A DNA stretch of 33,150 nt from Frankiaceae bacterium (GTDB lineage: Bacteria > Actinomycetota > Actinomycetes > Mycobacteriales > SCTD01): assembly GCA_947479995.1 (NCBI GenBank), contig CANKBT010000003.1:1-33150 (forward strand). Reading direction: 5' to 3'. Position 1 is the stretch's first letter. Each line of letters starts with the position of its first letter. Below the pieces are notes generated by a model. The model saw only the letters and a program-made list of their open reading frames with translations. It made no database searches and was not told where the DNA came from. The position numbers were made by a program, and so were the translations under genes. Shown in pieces: positions 7,152-20,543 of this stretch.

Positions 7152-7210
7152 CGCGAGGCGGACGCGAGACGGACGCGAGGCGGACGCGAGACGGACGCGA
7201 GACGGACGCG
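7152..7210. repeat. 11-bp tandem direct repeat CGCGAG(G/A)CGGA, 5 full copies plus CGCG, in the divergent intergenic region
   Basis: Copies start at 7152, 7163, 7174, 7185 and 7196; partial copy at 7207. Confidence 0.95.
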
Positions 7211-7269
7211 CAGTGGACTCGTGACGACATCGCGACCGGGGGGTGCGTGACCAGCGGTGCCGTGAGCCC

Positions 7270-7275
7270 TAGTGT
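7270..7275 (+). promoter_or_regulatory. Possible -10 element (TAGTGT) for the ABC importer operon
   Basis: TANNNT hexamer about 55 nt upstream of ATG 7332 in otherwise very GC-rich DNA; no clear -35. Confidence 0.35.
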
Positions 7276-7331
7276 CCGCACGCCGGCAGCCCGACCCGCG
7301 GCGGCCGCCTCGTCCCCACCCGGGAGTGCGC

Positions 7332-8987
7332 ATGCGTCACCGTCCAGCGGCAGCCGTCGGCCTGCTCGCCCTGTCCGCCTCCCTGCTGGCCGCCTGCGGC
7401 GGCGACGACAGCGGCTCCGAGGGCGGCGGCGGCGCCGCCGGCGGCACCCTCGTCTTCGGCGCCTCCGCCGACCCGGTGAGCCTCGACGGCGCCTACACGA
7501 GCGACGGCGAGTCGGCCCGCGTGCAGCGCCAGATCTTCGAGACCCTCGTGACGACCGCCCCGGGCGGCACCGAGATCGAGCCGCTGCTCGCCACGGAGTA
7601 CACCCCGAGCGACGACGGCCTGGCCTGGACCTTCACGCTGCGCGACGGCGTGCAGTTCCACGACGGCACCCCGATGGACGCCGCGGCGGTCTGCTTCAAC
7701 TTCGACCGCTGGTACAACTTCTCGGGCGTCCAGCAGAGCTCGTCGGTGTCGTACTACTGGCAGACGGTGTTCAGCGGCTACGCGCAGAACGAGGACCCCG
7801 AGCTGCCGCAGAGCCTCTACGCCTCCTGCGAGGCGCCGGACGCGACGACCGCGGTCATCAACCTGACCTCGCCGTCGTCGTCGTTCCTCGCCGGCCTCGC
7901 CCTGCCGGCCTTCTCCATCGCCAGCCCCAAGGCGCTCGAGGAGTTCGGCGCCGACGACGTGAGCGGCACCGGCGAGACCCCGAGCTTCGACGGCACCTTC
8001 GGCACGACGGACGCCGTCGGCACCGGGCCGTTCCGCCTGGAGAGCAACGAGCCCGGCACCAGCGTCGTGCTCGTCCGCAACGAGGACTACTGGGGCGAGA
8101 AGGCCCGGCTGGAGCGCCTGATCTTCCAGCCCATCGCCGACGGCCCGGCCCGCCGCCAGGCCCTCGAGGCCGGCCAGATCCAGGGCTACGACCTCGTCGA
8201 CCCGGCCGACCTCGGCGCCCTGGAGTCCGGCGGCTTCCAGCTGCTGGAGCGCCCGGCGTTCAACGTCGGCTACCTGGCCTTCAACACCGCCAAGCCGCCG
8301 CTGGACAACCCGAAGGTCCGCCAGGCCGTCGCGCACGCGCTCAACCGCCAGGCGCTCGTCGACGCGCAGTACCCGCCCGGCTCCGAGGTGGCCAAGGAGT
8401 TCATGCCGCCGGAGCTGTTCGGCTACGCCGAGGACGTCCCCGAGTACCCGTACGACGTCGAGCGCGCGAAGCAGCTGCTCGCCGAGTCCGGCGTGGCGAA
8501 CCCGACGATCGAGTTCTTCTACCCGACCGACGTCAGCCGCCCGTACATGCCGAACCCCGAGGCCAACTTCCAGGCCTTCACCTCCGACCTGGAGGCGGCC
8601 GGCTTCACGGTGACACCGCGCAGCGCCCCGTGGAACCCGGAGTACCTCGACACCGTGCAGTCCGGCGGCGCGTCGATGTACCTGCTCGGCTGGACCGGCG
8701 ACTTCGGCGACCCGGACAACTTCGTGGGCACGTTCTTCCGCACGCAGCAGGCCGCGTGGGGCCCGCTCGCGCCGGAGATCTACAGCCAGCTCGAGGCCGC
8801 GCGCACCGAGGGCGACCTCGAGGCCCGCACGGCGGCGTACGAGGAGGCCAACCGCACGATCATGGAGTTCCTCCCGGGCGTGCCCTACGTCCACACCAGC
8901 CCGTCGCTGGCCTTCGCGCCGAACGTCTCGGGCTACGAGCCGAGCCCGGTCGGCCTCGAGGAGTTCGCGAGCGTCTCGCTCGGCTAG
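7332..8987 (+). CDS. Peptide/nickel ABC transporter substrate-binding lipoprotein (family 5, DppA-like)
   Basis: ATG 7332 with GGGAG RBS; signal peptide with lipobox LAAC; WTFTLRDGVQFHDGTP, GTGPF, KVRQAVAHALNR motifs. Confidence 0.93.
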   Translation: MRHRPAAAVGLLALSASLLAACGGDDSGSEGGGGAAGGTLVFGASADPVSLDGAYTSDGESARVQRQIFETLVTTAPGGTEIEPLLATEYTPSDDGLAWTFTLRDGVQFHDGTPMDAAAVCFNFDRWYNFSGVQQSSSVSYYWQTVFSGYAQNEDPELPQSLYASCEAPDATTAVINLTSPSSSFLAGLALPAFSIASPKALEEFGADDVSGTGETPSFDGTFGTTDAVGTGPFRLESNEPGTSVVLVRNEDYWGEKARLERLIFQPIADGPARRQALEAGQIQGYDLVDPADLGALESGGFQLLERPAFNVGYLAFNTAKPPLDNPKVRQAVAHALNRQALVDAQYPPGSEVAKEFMPPELFGYAEDVPEYPYDVERAKQLLAESGVANPTIEFFYPTDVSRPYMPNPEANFQAFTSDLEAAGFTVTPRSAPWNPEYLDTVQSGGASMYLLGWTGDFGDPDNFVGTFFRTQQAAWGPLAPEIYSQLEAARTEGDLEARTAAYEEANRTIMEFLPGVPYVHTSPSLAFAPNVSGYEPSPVGLEEFASVSLG

Positions 8988-9017
8988 CAGACCCCTCCGC
9001 GACCGCACCCCGCGCCC

Positions 9018-10031
9018 GTGCTCCGCTTCGCCGTCCGCCGCCTGCTCCTGCTCGTCCCGATCCTCGTCGGGCTGTCGATCCTGGTGTTCCTGTTCGTCCG
9101 GGCCCTGCCCGGCGGGCCGGAGACCGCGCTGCTGGGGGAGAACGCCACCCCGCAGCGGACGGCGCAGGTGCGGGAGGCGTACGGGCTGGACCGCCCGCTC
9201 CCCGAGCAGTACCTCCGCTACGTGGGGCAGGCGGTCCAGCTCGACTTCGGCACCTCCACCCGCTACCGCACGCCGGTCGTCGACGAGATCCAGCGCCGCT
9301 TCCCGGCCACGATCGAGCTCGGCGTCTCGGCGATGGCCTTCGCCGTCGGCGTCGGCGTGCCGCTCGGCTTCGTCGCGGCGCGCCGGCGGGGCACCTGGAT
9401 CGACAACCTGTCGACCGCCGGCTCGCTGCTGGGCATCGCCATCCCGGTCTTCGTGCTCGGCTTCCTGCTCAAGGCGGTCTTCGCCGTCGAGCTGGGCTGG
9501 CTGCCGGTCGCGGGCCGGCAGGACCAGCAGCAGTTCTTCGGCGCCGACCACCCGACCGGCTTCTTCGTGCTCGACGGCCTGCTCACCGGCGACCTGCCGG
9601 CGGCGTGGGACGCCGCCAAGCACCTCGTGCTGCCGGCGATCGCGCTCGGCACGATCCCGCTGGCCTTCATCACGCGCATCACCCGCGCGGCGGTGCTCGA
9701 GGTGGTCGAGGCCGACTTCGTGCGCACGGCCGAGGCCAAGGGCATGACGCGCCGGGTCGTCACGCGCCGGCACGTGCTGCGCAACGCCATGCTGCCGGTC
9801 ATCACGATCATCGGCCTGCAGACCGGGCTGCTGCTGTCCGGCGCGATCCTCACCGAGAACGTCTTCGCCATCCAGGGCATGGGGCAGCTCATGGCCGGCG
9901 CGATCGCCGACCGCGACTACGCCGTCCTGCAGGGCGGCATCCTGTTCCTCGCCGTCGTCTTCGTGCTCGTCAACCTGCTCGTCGACCTGTCGTACGGGCT
10001 GTTCGACCCGCGGGTCAGGGAGAGCGGATGA
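9018..10031 (+). CDS. Peptide ABC transporter permease (DppB/OppB-like)
   Basis: GLDRPLPEQY, RFPATIEL, EAA loop DFVRTAEAKG, HVLRNAMLPV, DPRVR end. Confidence 0.93.
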   Translation: MLRFAVRRLLLLVPILVGLSILVFLFVRALPGGPETALLGENATPQRTAQVREAYGLDRPLPEQYLRYVGQAVQLDFGTSTRYRTPVVDEIQRRFPATIELGVSAMAFAVGVGVPLGFVAARRRGTWIDNLSTAGSLLGIAIPVFVLGFLLKAVFAVELGWLPVAGRQDQQQFFGADHPTGFFVLDGLLTGDLPAAWDAAKHLVLPAIALGTIPLAFITRITRAAVLEVVEADFVRTAEAKGMTRRVVTRRHVLRNAMLPVITIIGLQTGLLLSGAILTENVFAIQGMGQLMAGAIADRDYAVLQGGILFLAVVFVLVNLLVDLSYGLFDPRVRESG

Positions 10032-10938
10032 GCCTGTCCCAGGTCGAGGCGGCCGACACCGCCCTCGAGCACCCCGAGGAGGCCTCGGCCGGCCTCACCC
10101 GCGACGCCTTCCGCCGCCTGCGGCGCAACCCGCTGGCCATCGTCGGGGCGTCGCTCATCACCGTGTTCGTGCTCGTCGCGCTGTTCGCGCCGCTGCTTGC
10201 GCCGTACGACCCGGTGGCCAGCGACCTCACCGACATCCGGCCGGGGCAGTTCCCGGGGCCGTCCCGCGAGCACCTGCTGGGCCTCGACGAGCAGGGCCGC
10301 GACGAGCTGAGCCGGCTCATCTACGGCGCCCGCTACTCGCTGCTCATCGGCGTGGTGTCGACGGCGATGGGCGCGACGGTCGGGCTGCTGCTGGGCCTGC
10401 TCGCCGGCGCCTTCGGCGGCTGGGTCGACAGCCTCGTCATGCGCGCGATGGACGTCATGCTCGCCGTCCCCGGCCTGCTGCTCGCCATCGGCGTCGCCGC
10501 GCTGCTGGGCCGCAGCATCACCTCGATCATGATCGCGGTCGCGGTGGTCAACGTGCCGGTGTTCGCCCGGCTGCTGCGCAGCTCGATGCTCGTGCAGGGC
10601 CGCAGCGACTACGTGCTGTCGACGCGCTCGCTCGGCGTCAAGCGCCGCAAGATCGTGCTCGGGCACGTGCTGCCCAACTCGCTCGCGCCGGTCATCGTGC
10701 AGGCGACGCTCGTGCTCGCGACCGCCATCGTCGAGGCCGCCGGCCTGGCCTACCTCGGCCTCGGCTCGGAGGACCCGCGCATCCCCGAGTGGGGCCGCAT
10801 GCTCGCCGTGACCAACGCCTACCTGTCGAGCGAGCCGCTGCTCGCGCTGTGGCCGGGGCTCGCCATCGTGCTGTCGGTGCTGGGCTTCTACCTGCTCGGC
10901 GAGGCCCTGCGCGAGGCCCTCGACCCGAAGCTGCGCCG

Positions 10939-10942
<4 letters not shown>
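10028..10942 (+). CDS. Peptide ABC transporter permease (DppC/OppC-like)
   Basis: ATG 10028 (ATGA overlap); [48 protein letters not shown]. Confidence 0.93.
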
Positions 10943-13052
<2,110 letters not shown>

Positions 13053-13095
13053 CGCCCGGCTCGCCGCCGCGGCGGCGGCCTGGGACACTGGTGCG

Positions 13096-13794
13096 GTGAC
13101 GCGAGCGACGCTGGACAAGGACCCGGGCGAGGTCTCGGCGATGTTCGACGAGGTCGCCGCGCGCTACGACCTCACCAACGCCGTGCTCTCGCTCGGCCAG
13201 GACCGCGGCTGGCGCCGGGCCGTCACGGCGGCGCTCGACCTGCGGCCGGGCGAGCGGGTGCTCGACCTCGCGGCCGGCACGGCGACGAGCAGCGCCGCCC
13301 TGGCCCGCACCGGCGCCCGCGTGGTCGGCTGCGACTTCTCGCTCGGCATGCTGCGCGTCGGCGCGCGGGCGCAGCACCGCGGTGTCGACCTGGTCGCCGG
13401 CGACGCGCTCCGGCTGCCGTTCGCCGACGGCGCCTTCGACGCCGTGACGATCTCGTTCGGGCTGCGCAACACCGCCGACGCCGACGCCGCGCTGGCCGAG
13501 ATGCGCCGCGTCACCCGCCCCGGCGGCCGGCTCGTCGTCTGCGAGTTCAGCCACCCGACGTGGCGGCCGTTCCGCACCGTCTACGTCAACTACCTCATGC
13601 GGGCGCTGCCGGCGGTGGCCACGCGGGTCTCCTCCGACCCCGCGGCGTACGTCTACCTCGCCGAGTCGATCCGGGCCTGGCCGGACCAGGCGGCGCTGTC
13701 CACGCACCTGCAGCGCAGCGGCTGGGCCGACGTCGCCTGGCGCGACCTCACCGGCGGCATCGTCGCCCTGCACCGCGGCACCAACCCGGCCTGA
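13096..13794 (+). CDS. menG: Demethylmenaquinone methyltransferase
   Basis: [38 protein letters not shown] motifs; GACACT 6 nt before the GTG suggests a leaderless transcript. Confidence 0.95.
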   Translation: MTRATLDKDPGEVSAMFDEVAARYDLTNAVLSLGQDRGWRRAVTAALDLRPGERVLDLAAGTATSSAALARTGARVVGCDFSLGMLRVGARAQHRGVDLVAGDALRLPFADGAFDAVTISFGLRNTADADAALAEMRRVTRPGGRLVVCEFSHPTWRPFRTVYVNYLMRALPAVATRVSSDPAAYVYLAESIRAWPDQAALSTHLQRSGWADVAWRDLTGGIVALHRGTNPA

Positions 13795-13882
13795 GCGGCC
13801 CGCCCGCCGGCCCGCCGGCGCGGCCGACCTCCCCTGCCCCGGGTGAGGGCTCCTTGACCGTGCTGAGCCCCGTGAGCCGTCC

Positions 13883-13888
13883 TACACT
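13883..13888 (+). promoter_or_regulatory. Putative -10 element (TACACT) upstream of menJ-nuo
   Basis: TANNNT hexamer 13 nt upstream of the Rex-like palindrome, which would put the operator just downstream of the transcription start. Confidence 0.55.
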
Positions 13889-13901
13889 CGACGTGACCAC
13901 C

Positions 13902-13919
13902 TCGTGAAGACTTTCACAA
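13902..13919. promoter_or_regulatory. Rex (NADH/NAD+ sensing repressor) operator
   Basis: TCGTGAA-GACT-TTCACAA, one mismatch to the Rex consensus TTGTGAA-N4-TTCACAA, upstream of respiratory genes. Confidence 0.85.
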
Positions 13920-13933
13920 GCGCAGGAGACCCC

Positions 13934-15205
13934 GTGACCGGCACCGCCGAGGCCCTCGACGCCGACGTCATCGTCGTCGGCGCCGGCCCGGGCGGCAGCG
14001 CGACCGCGCACGCCCTCGCGCAGTCCGGCCTCGACGTCCTCGTGCTGGAGAAGACCGGCTTCCCGCGCGAGAAGGTCTGCGGCGACGGCCTCACCCCGCG
14101 CGCCGTCCGCAGCCTCGTCGAGATGGGCATCGACACCTCCGAGGCCAACGGCTTCATCCGCAACCGCGGGCTGCGGATCATCGGCGGCGGCCGCACCATC
14201 GAGCTGCCCTGGCCCGAGCTCGCCGAGTACCCCAGCCACGGCCTGGTCCGCCCGCGCCTCGACTTCGACGAGCTGCTGGCCCGCCACGCCGAGGGGGCCG
14301 GCGCCCGGCTCGTCGAGCACGCCAACGTGCGCGGCCCGGTGCTCGACGACGCCGGCCGCATCGTCGGCGTCACCGCCGAGCTCGGCCCCGAGAAGGCGCC
14401 CGCCACCTACCGCGCCCCGCTCGTGGTGGCGGCCGACGGCAACAGCGCCCGCTTCGCCCTCGGCGTCGGCCTGGCCAAGCGCGACGACCGCCCGATGGGC
14501 GTCGCCGTCCGCCGCTACTTCACCAGCCCGCGCCACGACGACGACATGCTCGAGTCCTGGCTCGAGCTGCGCAGCCCCGACGGCGGCCTGCTGCCCGGCT
14601 ACGGCTGGGTGTTCGGCGTCGGCGACGGCACGAGCAACGTCGGGCTCGGCATCCTCAACACCACCAAGGCCTGGCAGCGCACCGACGTCCGCAAGCTCAT
14701 GGCCGAGTGGACCTCGACGATGCCGGCCGAGTGGCAGTTCTCCGAGGAGTTCGCCACCGGCCCGGTGCGCTCCGGTGCGCTGCCGATGGGCTTCAACCGC
14801 ACCCCGCACTACACCCGGGGCATGCTGCTCGTCGGCGACGCCGGCGGCGTCGTCAACCCGTTCAACGGCGAGGGCATCGCGTACGCGATGGAGACCGGCC
14901 GGATGGCCGCCGAGACCGTCGTGCAGGCGCTGGCCCGGCCCGCCGGCCCGTCCCGCGAGGCGGCGCTGGAGGCCTACCCGGCGGCCCTGAAGGCCCGCTA
15001 CGGCGGCTACTACACGCTCGGCCGCGTCTTCGTCACCGCCATCGGCAACCCGCACGTCATGGCGCTGGCCACCCGGCACGGGCTGCCCCGGCCGCTGCTG
15101 ATGAAGTTCACGCTCAAGCTGCTCGCCAACCTCACGGACCCGCGCGGGGGTGACGCCATGGACCGCGTCATCAACGGCCTGTCCCGCATGGCCCCGGCGG
15201 CCTGA
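13934..15205 (+). CDS. menJ: Geranylgeranyl reductase family flavoprotein, probable menaquinone side-chain reductase
   Basis: GTG 13934 with AGGAG RBS (the track start 13904 lies inside the operator); GAGPGG, FPREKVCGDGLTPRAV, GDAGGVVNPFNGEGI; located next to menG. Confidence 0.85.
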   Translation: MTGTAEALDADVIVVGAGPGGSATAHALAQSGLDVLVLEKTGFPREKVCGDGLTPRAVRSLVEMGIDTSEANGFIRNRGLRIIGGGRTIELPWPELAEYPSHGLVRPRLDFDELLARHAEGAGARLVEHANVRGPVLDDAGRIVGVTAELGPEKAPATYRAPLVVAADGNSARFALGVGLAKRDDRPMGVAVRRYFTSPRHDDDMLESWLELRSPDGGLLPGYGWVFGVGDGTSNVGLGILNTTKAWQRTDVRKLMAEWTSTMPAEWQFSEEFATGPVRSGALPMGFNRTPHYTRGMLLVGDAGGVVNPFNGEGIAYAMETGRMAAETVVQALARPAGPSREAALEAYPAALKARYGGYYTLGRVFVTAIGNPHVMALATRHGLPRPLLMKFTLKLLANLTDPRGGDAMDRVINGLSRMAPAA

Positions 15206-15270
15206 CCGGCCCTGCCGCCGGCCGGGCCTAGGCTCGACCCGCTCCACGACCCCCTCGAGAGGACGCGCAC

Positions 15271-15633
15271 GTGCTCGACATGTACCTGCCGATCGTCGTG
15301 CTGTTCGTGCTCGCGGCGGGCTTCGCGGCGTTCTCGGTCGGCGCGGCGACGATCACGGGCCCCAAGCGCTTCAACCGCGCCAAGGCCGACGCGTACGAGT
15401 GCGGGATCAGCCCCACGCCCCAGCCGATGGGCGGCGGCCGGTTCCCGGTGAAGTTCTACCTGACGGCGATGCTGTTCATCGTCTTCGACATCGAGATCAT
15501 CTTCCTCTACCCGTGGGCCGTCTCGTTCGACCAGCTGGGCCTGTTCGGGCTGGTCGAGATGACCCTGTTCATCGGGACCGTCTTCATCGCGTACGCCTAC
15601 GTCTGGCGGCGCGGCGGCCTCGAGTGGGACTGA
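15271..15633 (+). CDS. nuoA: NADH-quinone oxidoreductase subunit A
   Basis: [25 protein letters not shown]; GAGAGGA RBS. Confidence 0.97.
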   Translation: MLDMYLPIVVLFVLAAGFAAFSVGAATITGPKRFNRAKADAYECGISPTPQPMGGGRFPVKFYLTAMLFIVFDIEIIFLYPWAVSFDQLGLFGLVEMTLFIGTVFIAYAYVWRRGGLEWD

Positions 15634-15690
15634 TGGCCGACCGCACGCCGACCCCCGCGCACGCCGCACCGACCGAGGGAGCGCACCACC

Positions 15691-16284
15691 ATGGGCCTTG
15701 AGGAGAAGCTGCCGTCGGGCATCGTCCTGACCAGCGTCGAGAAGGTCGTCAACTGGTCGCGCAAGTCCAGCCTCTGGCCGGCGACCTTCGGGCTCGCCTG
15801 CTGCGCCATCGAGATGATGGCCTCGGGCGGGCCGCGCTACGACCTCGGCCGCTTCGGCATGGAGGTCTTCCGCCCGTCGCCGCGCCAGGCCGACCTCATG
15901 ATCGTCGCCGGCCGCGTGTCGCAGAAGATGGCCCCGGTCGTGCGCCAGATCTACGACCAGATGCCCGAGCCCAAGTGGGTCATCGCCATGGGCGTCTGCG
16001 CCAGCAGCGGCGGCATGTTCAACAACTACGCGATCGTGCAGGGCGTCGACCACATCGTCCCCGTCGACATGTACCTGCCGGGCTGCCCGCCGCGCCCCGA
16101 GATGCTCATGGACGCGATCCTCAAGCTGCACGACAAGATCATGGACGAGCCGCTGGGCGCCAACGCCAAGCGCCGCGAGCTGCCCGGCTACGCGCCGCGC
16201 GAGCTCGTCGCCAGCAGCCAGCGCTTCACCAAGGAGGGCAAGAAGGCGCACCGCCAGGCCCTCGTGAAGGAGCTCATGCGGTGA
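15691..16284 (+). CDS. nuoB: NADH-quinone oxidoreductase subunit B
   Basis: [32 protein letters not shown]. Confidence 0.98.
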   Translation: MGLEEKLPSGIVLTSVEKVVNWSRKSSLWPATFGLACCAIEMMASGGPRYDLGRFGMEVFRPSPRQADLMIVAGRVSQKMAPVVRQIYDQMPEPKWVIAMGVCASSGGMFNNYAIVQGVDHIVPVDMYLPGCPPRPEMLMDAILKLHDKIMDEPLGANAKRRELPGYAPRELVASSQRFTKEGKKAHRQALVKELMR

Positions 16285-17170
16285 GCGACGACACCTCCAC
16301 CCCCCGCGACGAGACGACGGCCGCCGGCCCCGCCGAGGGCGCCGCCGTGACCGGCGGCGACGCCGCCGGCAGCGGCCCCGCCTCCGAGCTGCCCGACGCC
16401 CAGCGCCCCGACGGCTCGCCCGCGAGCACCGGCGCGAGCCGCCCCGACGGCGAGGTCGCGACCGACCGCCTCGGCGCGACGAGCGCCGCCCCGGCGATCG
16501 CCGCGAAGGCCAGCGCGGTCACCGCGCCCGACGCCCCCGCGCGCGGCACGTCCGACATGTTCGGCGCGGCCTTCGGCTCCGACACCTCGGGCTTCGGCGG
16601 CCTGGTGCGCGCGCCGCGGCTCGAGGCCGGCAGCCCCCGGCCGTACGGCGCGTGGTTCGACGAGGCCGTCGACGCCCTGCAGGAGTCGTACGCCGGCTTC
16701 GCCGAGGCCGTCGAGCGCGTCGTCGTCGACCGCGGCGAACTGACGCTGCACGTGCGGCCCGACCGCGTCGCCGAGGTGGCGCGCGAGCTGCGCGACAGCC
16801 CCGACCACCGCTACGAGCTGCTCTCCAGCCTGTCGGGCGTCGACTACCCCGACACCGAGCGGCGCTTCCACGTCGTCTACCACCTGACGTCGATGACCTA
16901 CCGCCGCCGGCTGCGCCTCGAGACCGCCGTGACCGAGGCCGACCCCCGCGTCGCCACCGTCACCGGCGTCTACCCGACGGCCGACTACCACGAGCGCGAG
17001 ACGTGGGACTTCTTCGGCGTGCTCTTCGAGGGCCACCCGGCGCTCACCCGCATCTTCATGCCGGACGACTGGCAGGGGCACCCGCAGCGCAAGGACTACC
17101 CCCTCGGCGGGATCCCGGTGGAGTTCCAGGGCGCGGTCATCCCGCCGCCCGACGAGCGGAGGGCGTACGC

Positions 17171-17174
<4 letters not shown>
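16281..17174 (+). CDS. nuoC: NADH-quinone oxidoreductase subunit C (long low-complexity N-terminus)
   Basis: GTG 16281 (GTGA overlap); [31 protein letters not shown]. Confidence 0.95.
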
Positions 17175-18543
<1,369 letters not shown>

Positions 18544-18544
<1 letters not shown>

Positions 18545-19245
18545 TGGCCGCGTCTGGTCTCGATCTCGAGCGCGCCCGGGCGGAGGCCCGGGAGATCATC
18601 GCGCGCTACCCGCAGCCGCGCTCGGCGCTGCTGCCGATGCTGCACCTGGTGCAGTCGCACGAGGGCTACGTCAGCGGCGAGGGCATCGCGCTGTGCGCCG
18701 AGGAGCTCGGCCTCACCAAGGCCGAGGTCGGCGCGGTCGCGACCTTCTACACGATGTACCGCCGCCGCCCGGCCGGCACGTACCACGTGGGCGTCTGCAC
18801 CAACACGCTCTGCGCGGTGCTCGGCGGCGACGAGATCCTCGAGCGGGTCTCCGAGCGGCTCGGCATCACGCACGGCGAGACCACCGAGGACGGCACCTTC
18901 AGCCTCGAGCACCTCGAGTGCAACGCCGCCTGCGACTACGCCCCGGTCGTGATGGTCAACTGGGAGTTCTACGACGACCAGACGCCCGAGTCGGCCGTCG
19001 ACGTCGTCGACCGGCTCGCCGCCGGCCAGCCGGTCGCCCCCACCCGCGGGCCGCGCACGCAGTGCACCTTCAAGGAGGCCTCGCGGGTGCTCGCGGGCTT
19101 CCCCGACGGCCGCGCCGTCGAGGGCGTGCAGGCCGGCCCGGCCACGCTCGCCGGCTTCGCGCTCGCGCAGTCGCGCGGCGACGCCGCCCCGGACTACCCC
19201 GTCAGCGAGGCCGGCGACGGCCCGCAGGAGCAGGAGCAGGCCTGA
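18544..19245 (+). CDS. nuoE: NADH-quinone oxidoreductase subunit E
   Basis: ATG 18544 (TGATG overlap); VATFYTMY, CTNTLC, ECNAACDYAP. Confidence 0.96.
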
Positions 19246-20543
19246 TGCTCACCCCCGTGCTGTCCCGCGGCTGGGGCGACACCGACTCGTTCACCCTCGA
19301 GGGCTACCGCCGCCACCGCGGCTACGAGGCGCTCGCCCGCGCGCGGGCGATGGACCCCGACGCGCTCATCGCGCTGGTCAAGGAGTCCGGCCTGCGCGGC
19401 CGCGGCGGCGCCGGCTTCCCCACGGGCATGAAGTGGGGCTTCATCCCGCAGGGCACCGAGGGCCAGGCCGCCAAGCCGCACTACCTCGTCGTCAACGCCG
19501 ACGAGAGCGAGCCGGGCACCTGCAAGGACACCCCGCTCATGATGGCCAACCCGCACGTGCTGGTGGAGGGCGTCGTCATCGCCTGCCACGCCATCCGCGC
19601 GTCGCACGCCTTCATCTACATCCGCGGCGAGGAGCTGCACGTGCTCCGGCGCCTGCAGCACGCCGTGCAGGAGGCCGTCGACGCCAGCCTCGTCGGCGAC
19701 CTGCGGATCGTCGTGCACGCCGGCTCCGGCGCCTACATCTGCGGCGAGGAGACGGCGCTGCTCGACTCGCTCGAGGGCTACCGCGGCCAGCCGCGCCTGC
19801 GCCCGCCGTTCCCGGCGACGCACGGCCTCTACGCCAGCCCGACGGTCGTCAACAACGTCGAGTCGATCGCCAGCGTCCCGAGCATCGTGCTCGGCGGCGC
19901 CGCGTGGTTCGGCTCCATGGGCACCGAGAAGAGCAAGGGCTACACGCTGTACTCGCTGTCCGGCCACGTGAAGCGCCCCGGGCAGTACGAGGCCCCGCTC
20001 GGCATCACGCTGCGCCAGCTGCTCGACCTGTCGGGCGGCATGCGCGACGGCTCGGAGCTGAAGTTCTGGACGCCGGGCGGCAGCTCGACGCCGATCCTCA
20101 CCGCCGAGCACCTCGACGTGCCGCTCGACTACGAGGGCGTCGCCGGGGCCGGCTCGATGCTCGGCACTAAGGCGCTGCAGTGCTTCGACCAGACCACCTC
20201 GGTCGTGCGCGCCGTCCTGCGCTGGACGGAGTTCTACGCGCACGAGTCGTGCGGCAAGTGCACGCCCTGCCGCGAGGGGACGTACTGGATGGTGCAGATC
20301 CTCAAGCGCCTCGAGGCCGGCCAGGGCACCGAGGAGGACATCGCGACCCTCCTCGACACCTGCGACAACATCTTCGGGCGCAGCTTCTGCGCCCTCGGCG
20401 ACGGCGCCACGAGCCCGATCGTCTCCGCCGTCCAGCACTTCCGCGACGAGTTCCTCGCCGGCACGCACACGCCGGCCTGGGAGCTCTTCCCGTACCGCGC
20501 CTCCGCCCGCTGGGGCGGGGCGCTCGCAGGAGCCCAGGCATGA
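19245..20543 (+). CDS. nuoF: NADH-quinone oxidoreductase subunit F
   Basis: ATG 19245 (TGATG overlap); [45 protein letters not shown]. Confidence 0.98.
   Translation: MLTPVLSRGWGDTDSFTLEGYRRHRGYEALARARAMDPDALIALVKESGLRGRGGAGFPTGMKWGFIPQGTEGQAAKPHYLVVNADESEPGTCKDTPLMMANPHVLVEGVVIACHAIRASHAFIYIRGEELHVLRRLQHAVQEAVDASLVGDLRIVVHAGSGAYICGEETALLDSLEGYRGQPRLRPPFPATHGLYASPTVVNNVESIASVPSIVLGGAAWFGSMGTEKSKGYTLYSLSGHVKRPGQYEAPLGITLRQLLDLSGGMRDGSELKFWTPGGSSTPILTAEHLDVPLDYEGVAGAGSMLGTKALQCFDQTTSVVRAVLRWTEFYAHESCGKCTPCREGTYWMVQILKRLEAGQGTEEDIATLLDTCDNIFGRSFCALGDGATSPIVSAVQHFRDEFLAGTHTPAWELFPYRASARWGGALAGAQA

Noticed and set aside
7085-7333. N-terminal 83 aa of track ORF 6860..7333
   Set aside because: It translates the intergenic 11-bp repeats (RVRLASVS), and a strong RBS precedes the internal GTG at 7084.
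7130-10027. 1270-aa ORF fused to the DppC-like permease
   Set aside because: Arg/Pro-rich off-frame read-through over the SBP and first permease genes, a high-GC artefact; the real start is ATG 10028.
13854-13859. TTGACC as the -35 partner of TACACT (13883)
   Set aside because: The spacer is 23 nt, too long for a sigma70-type promoter.
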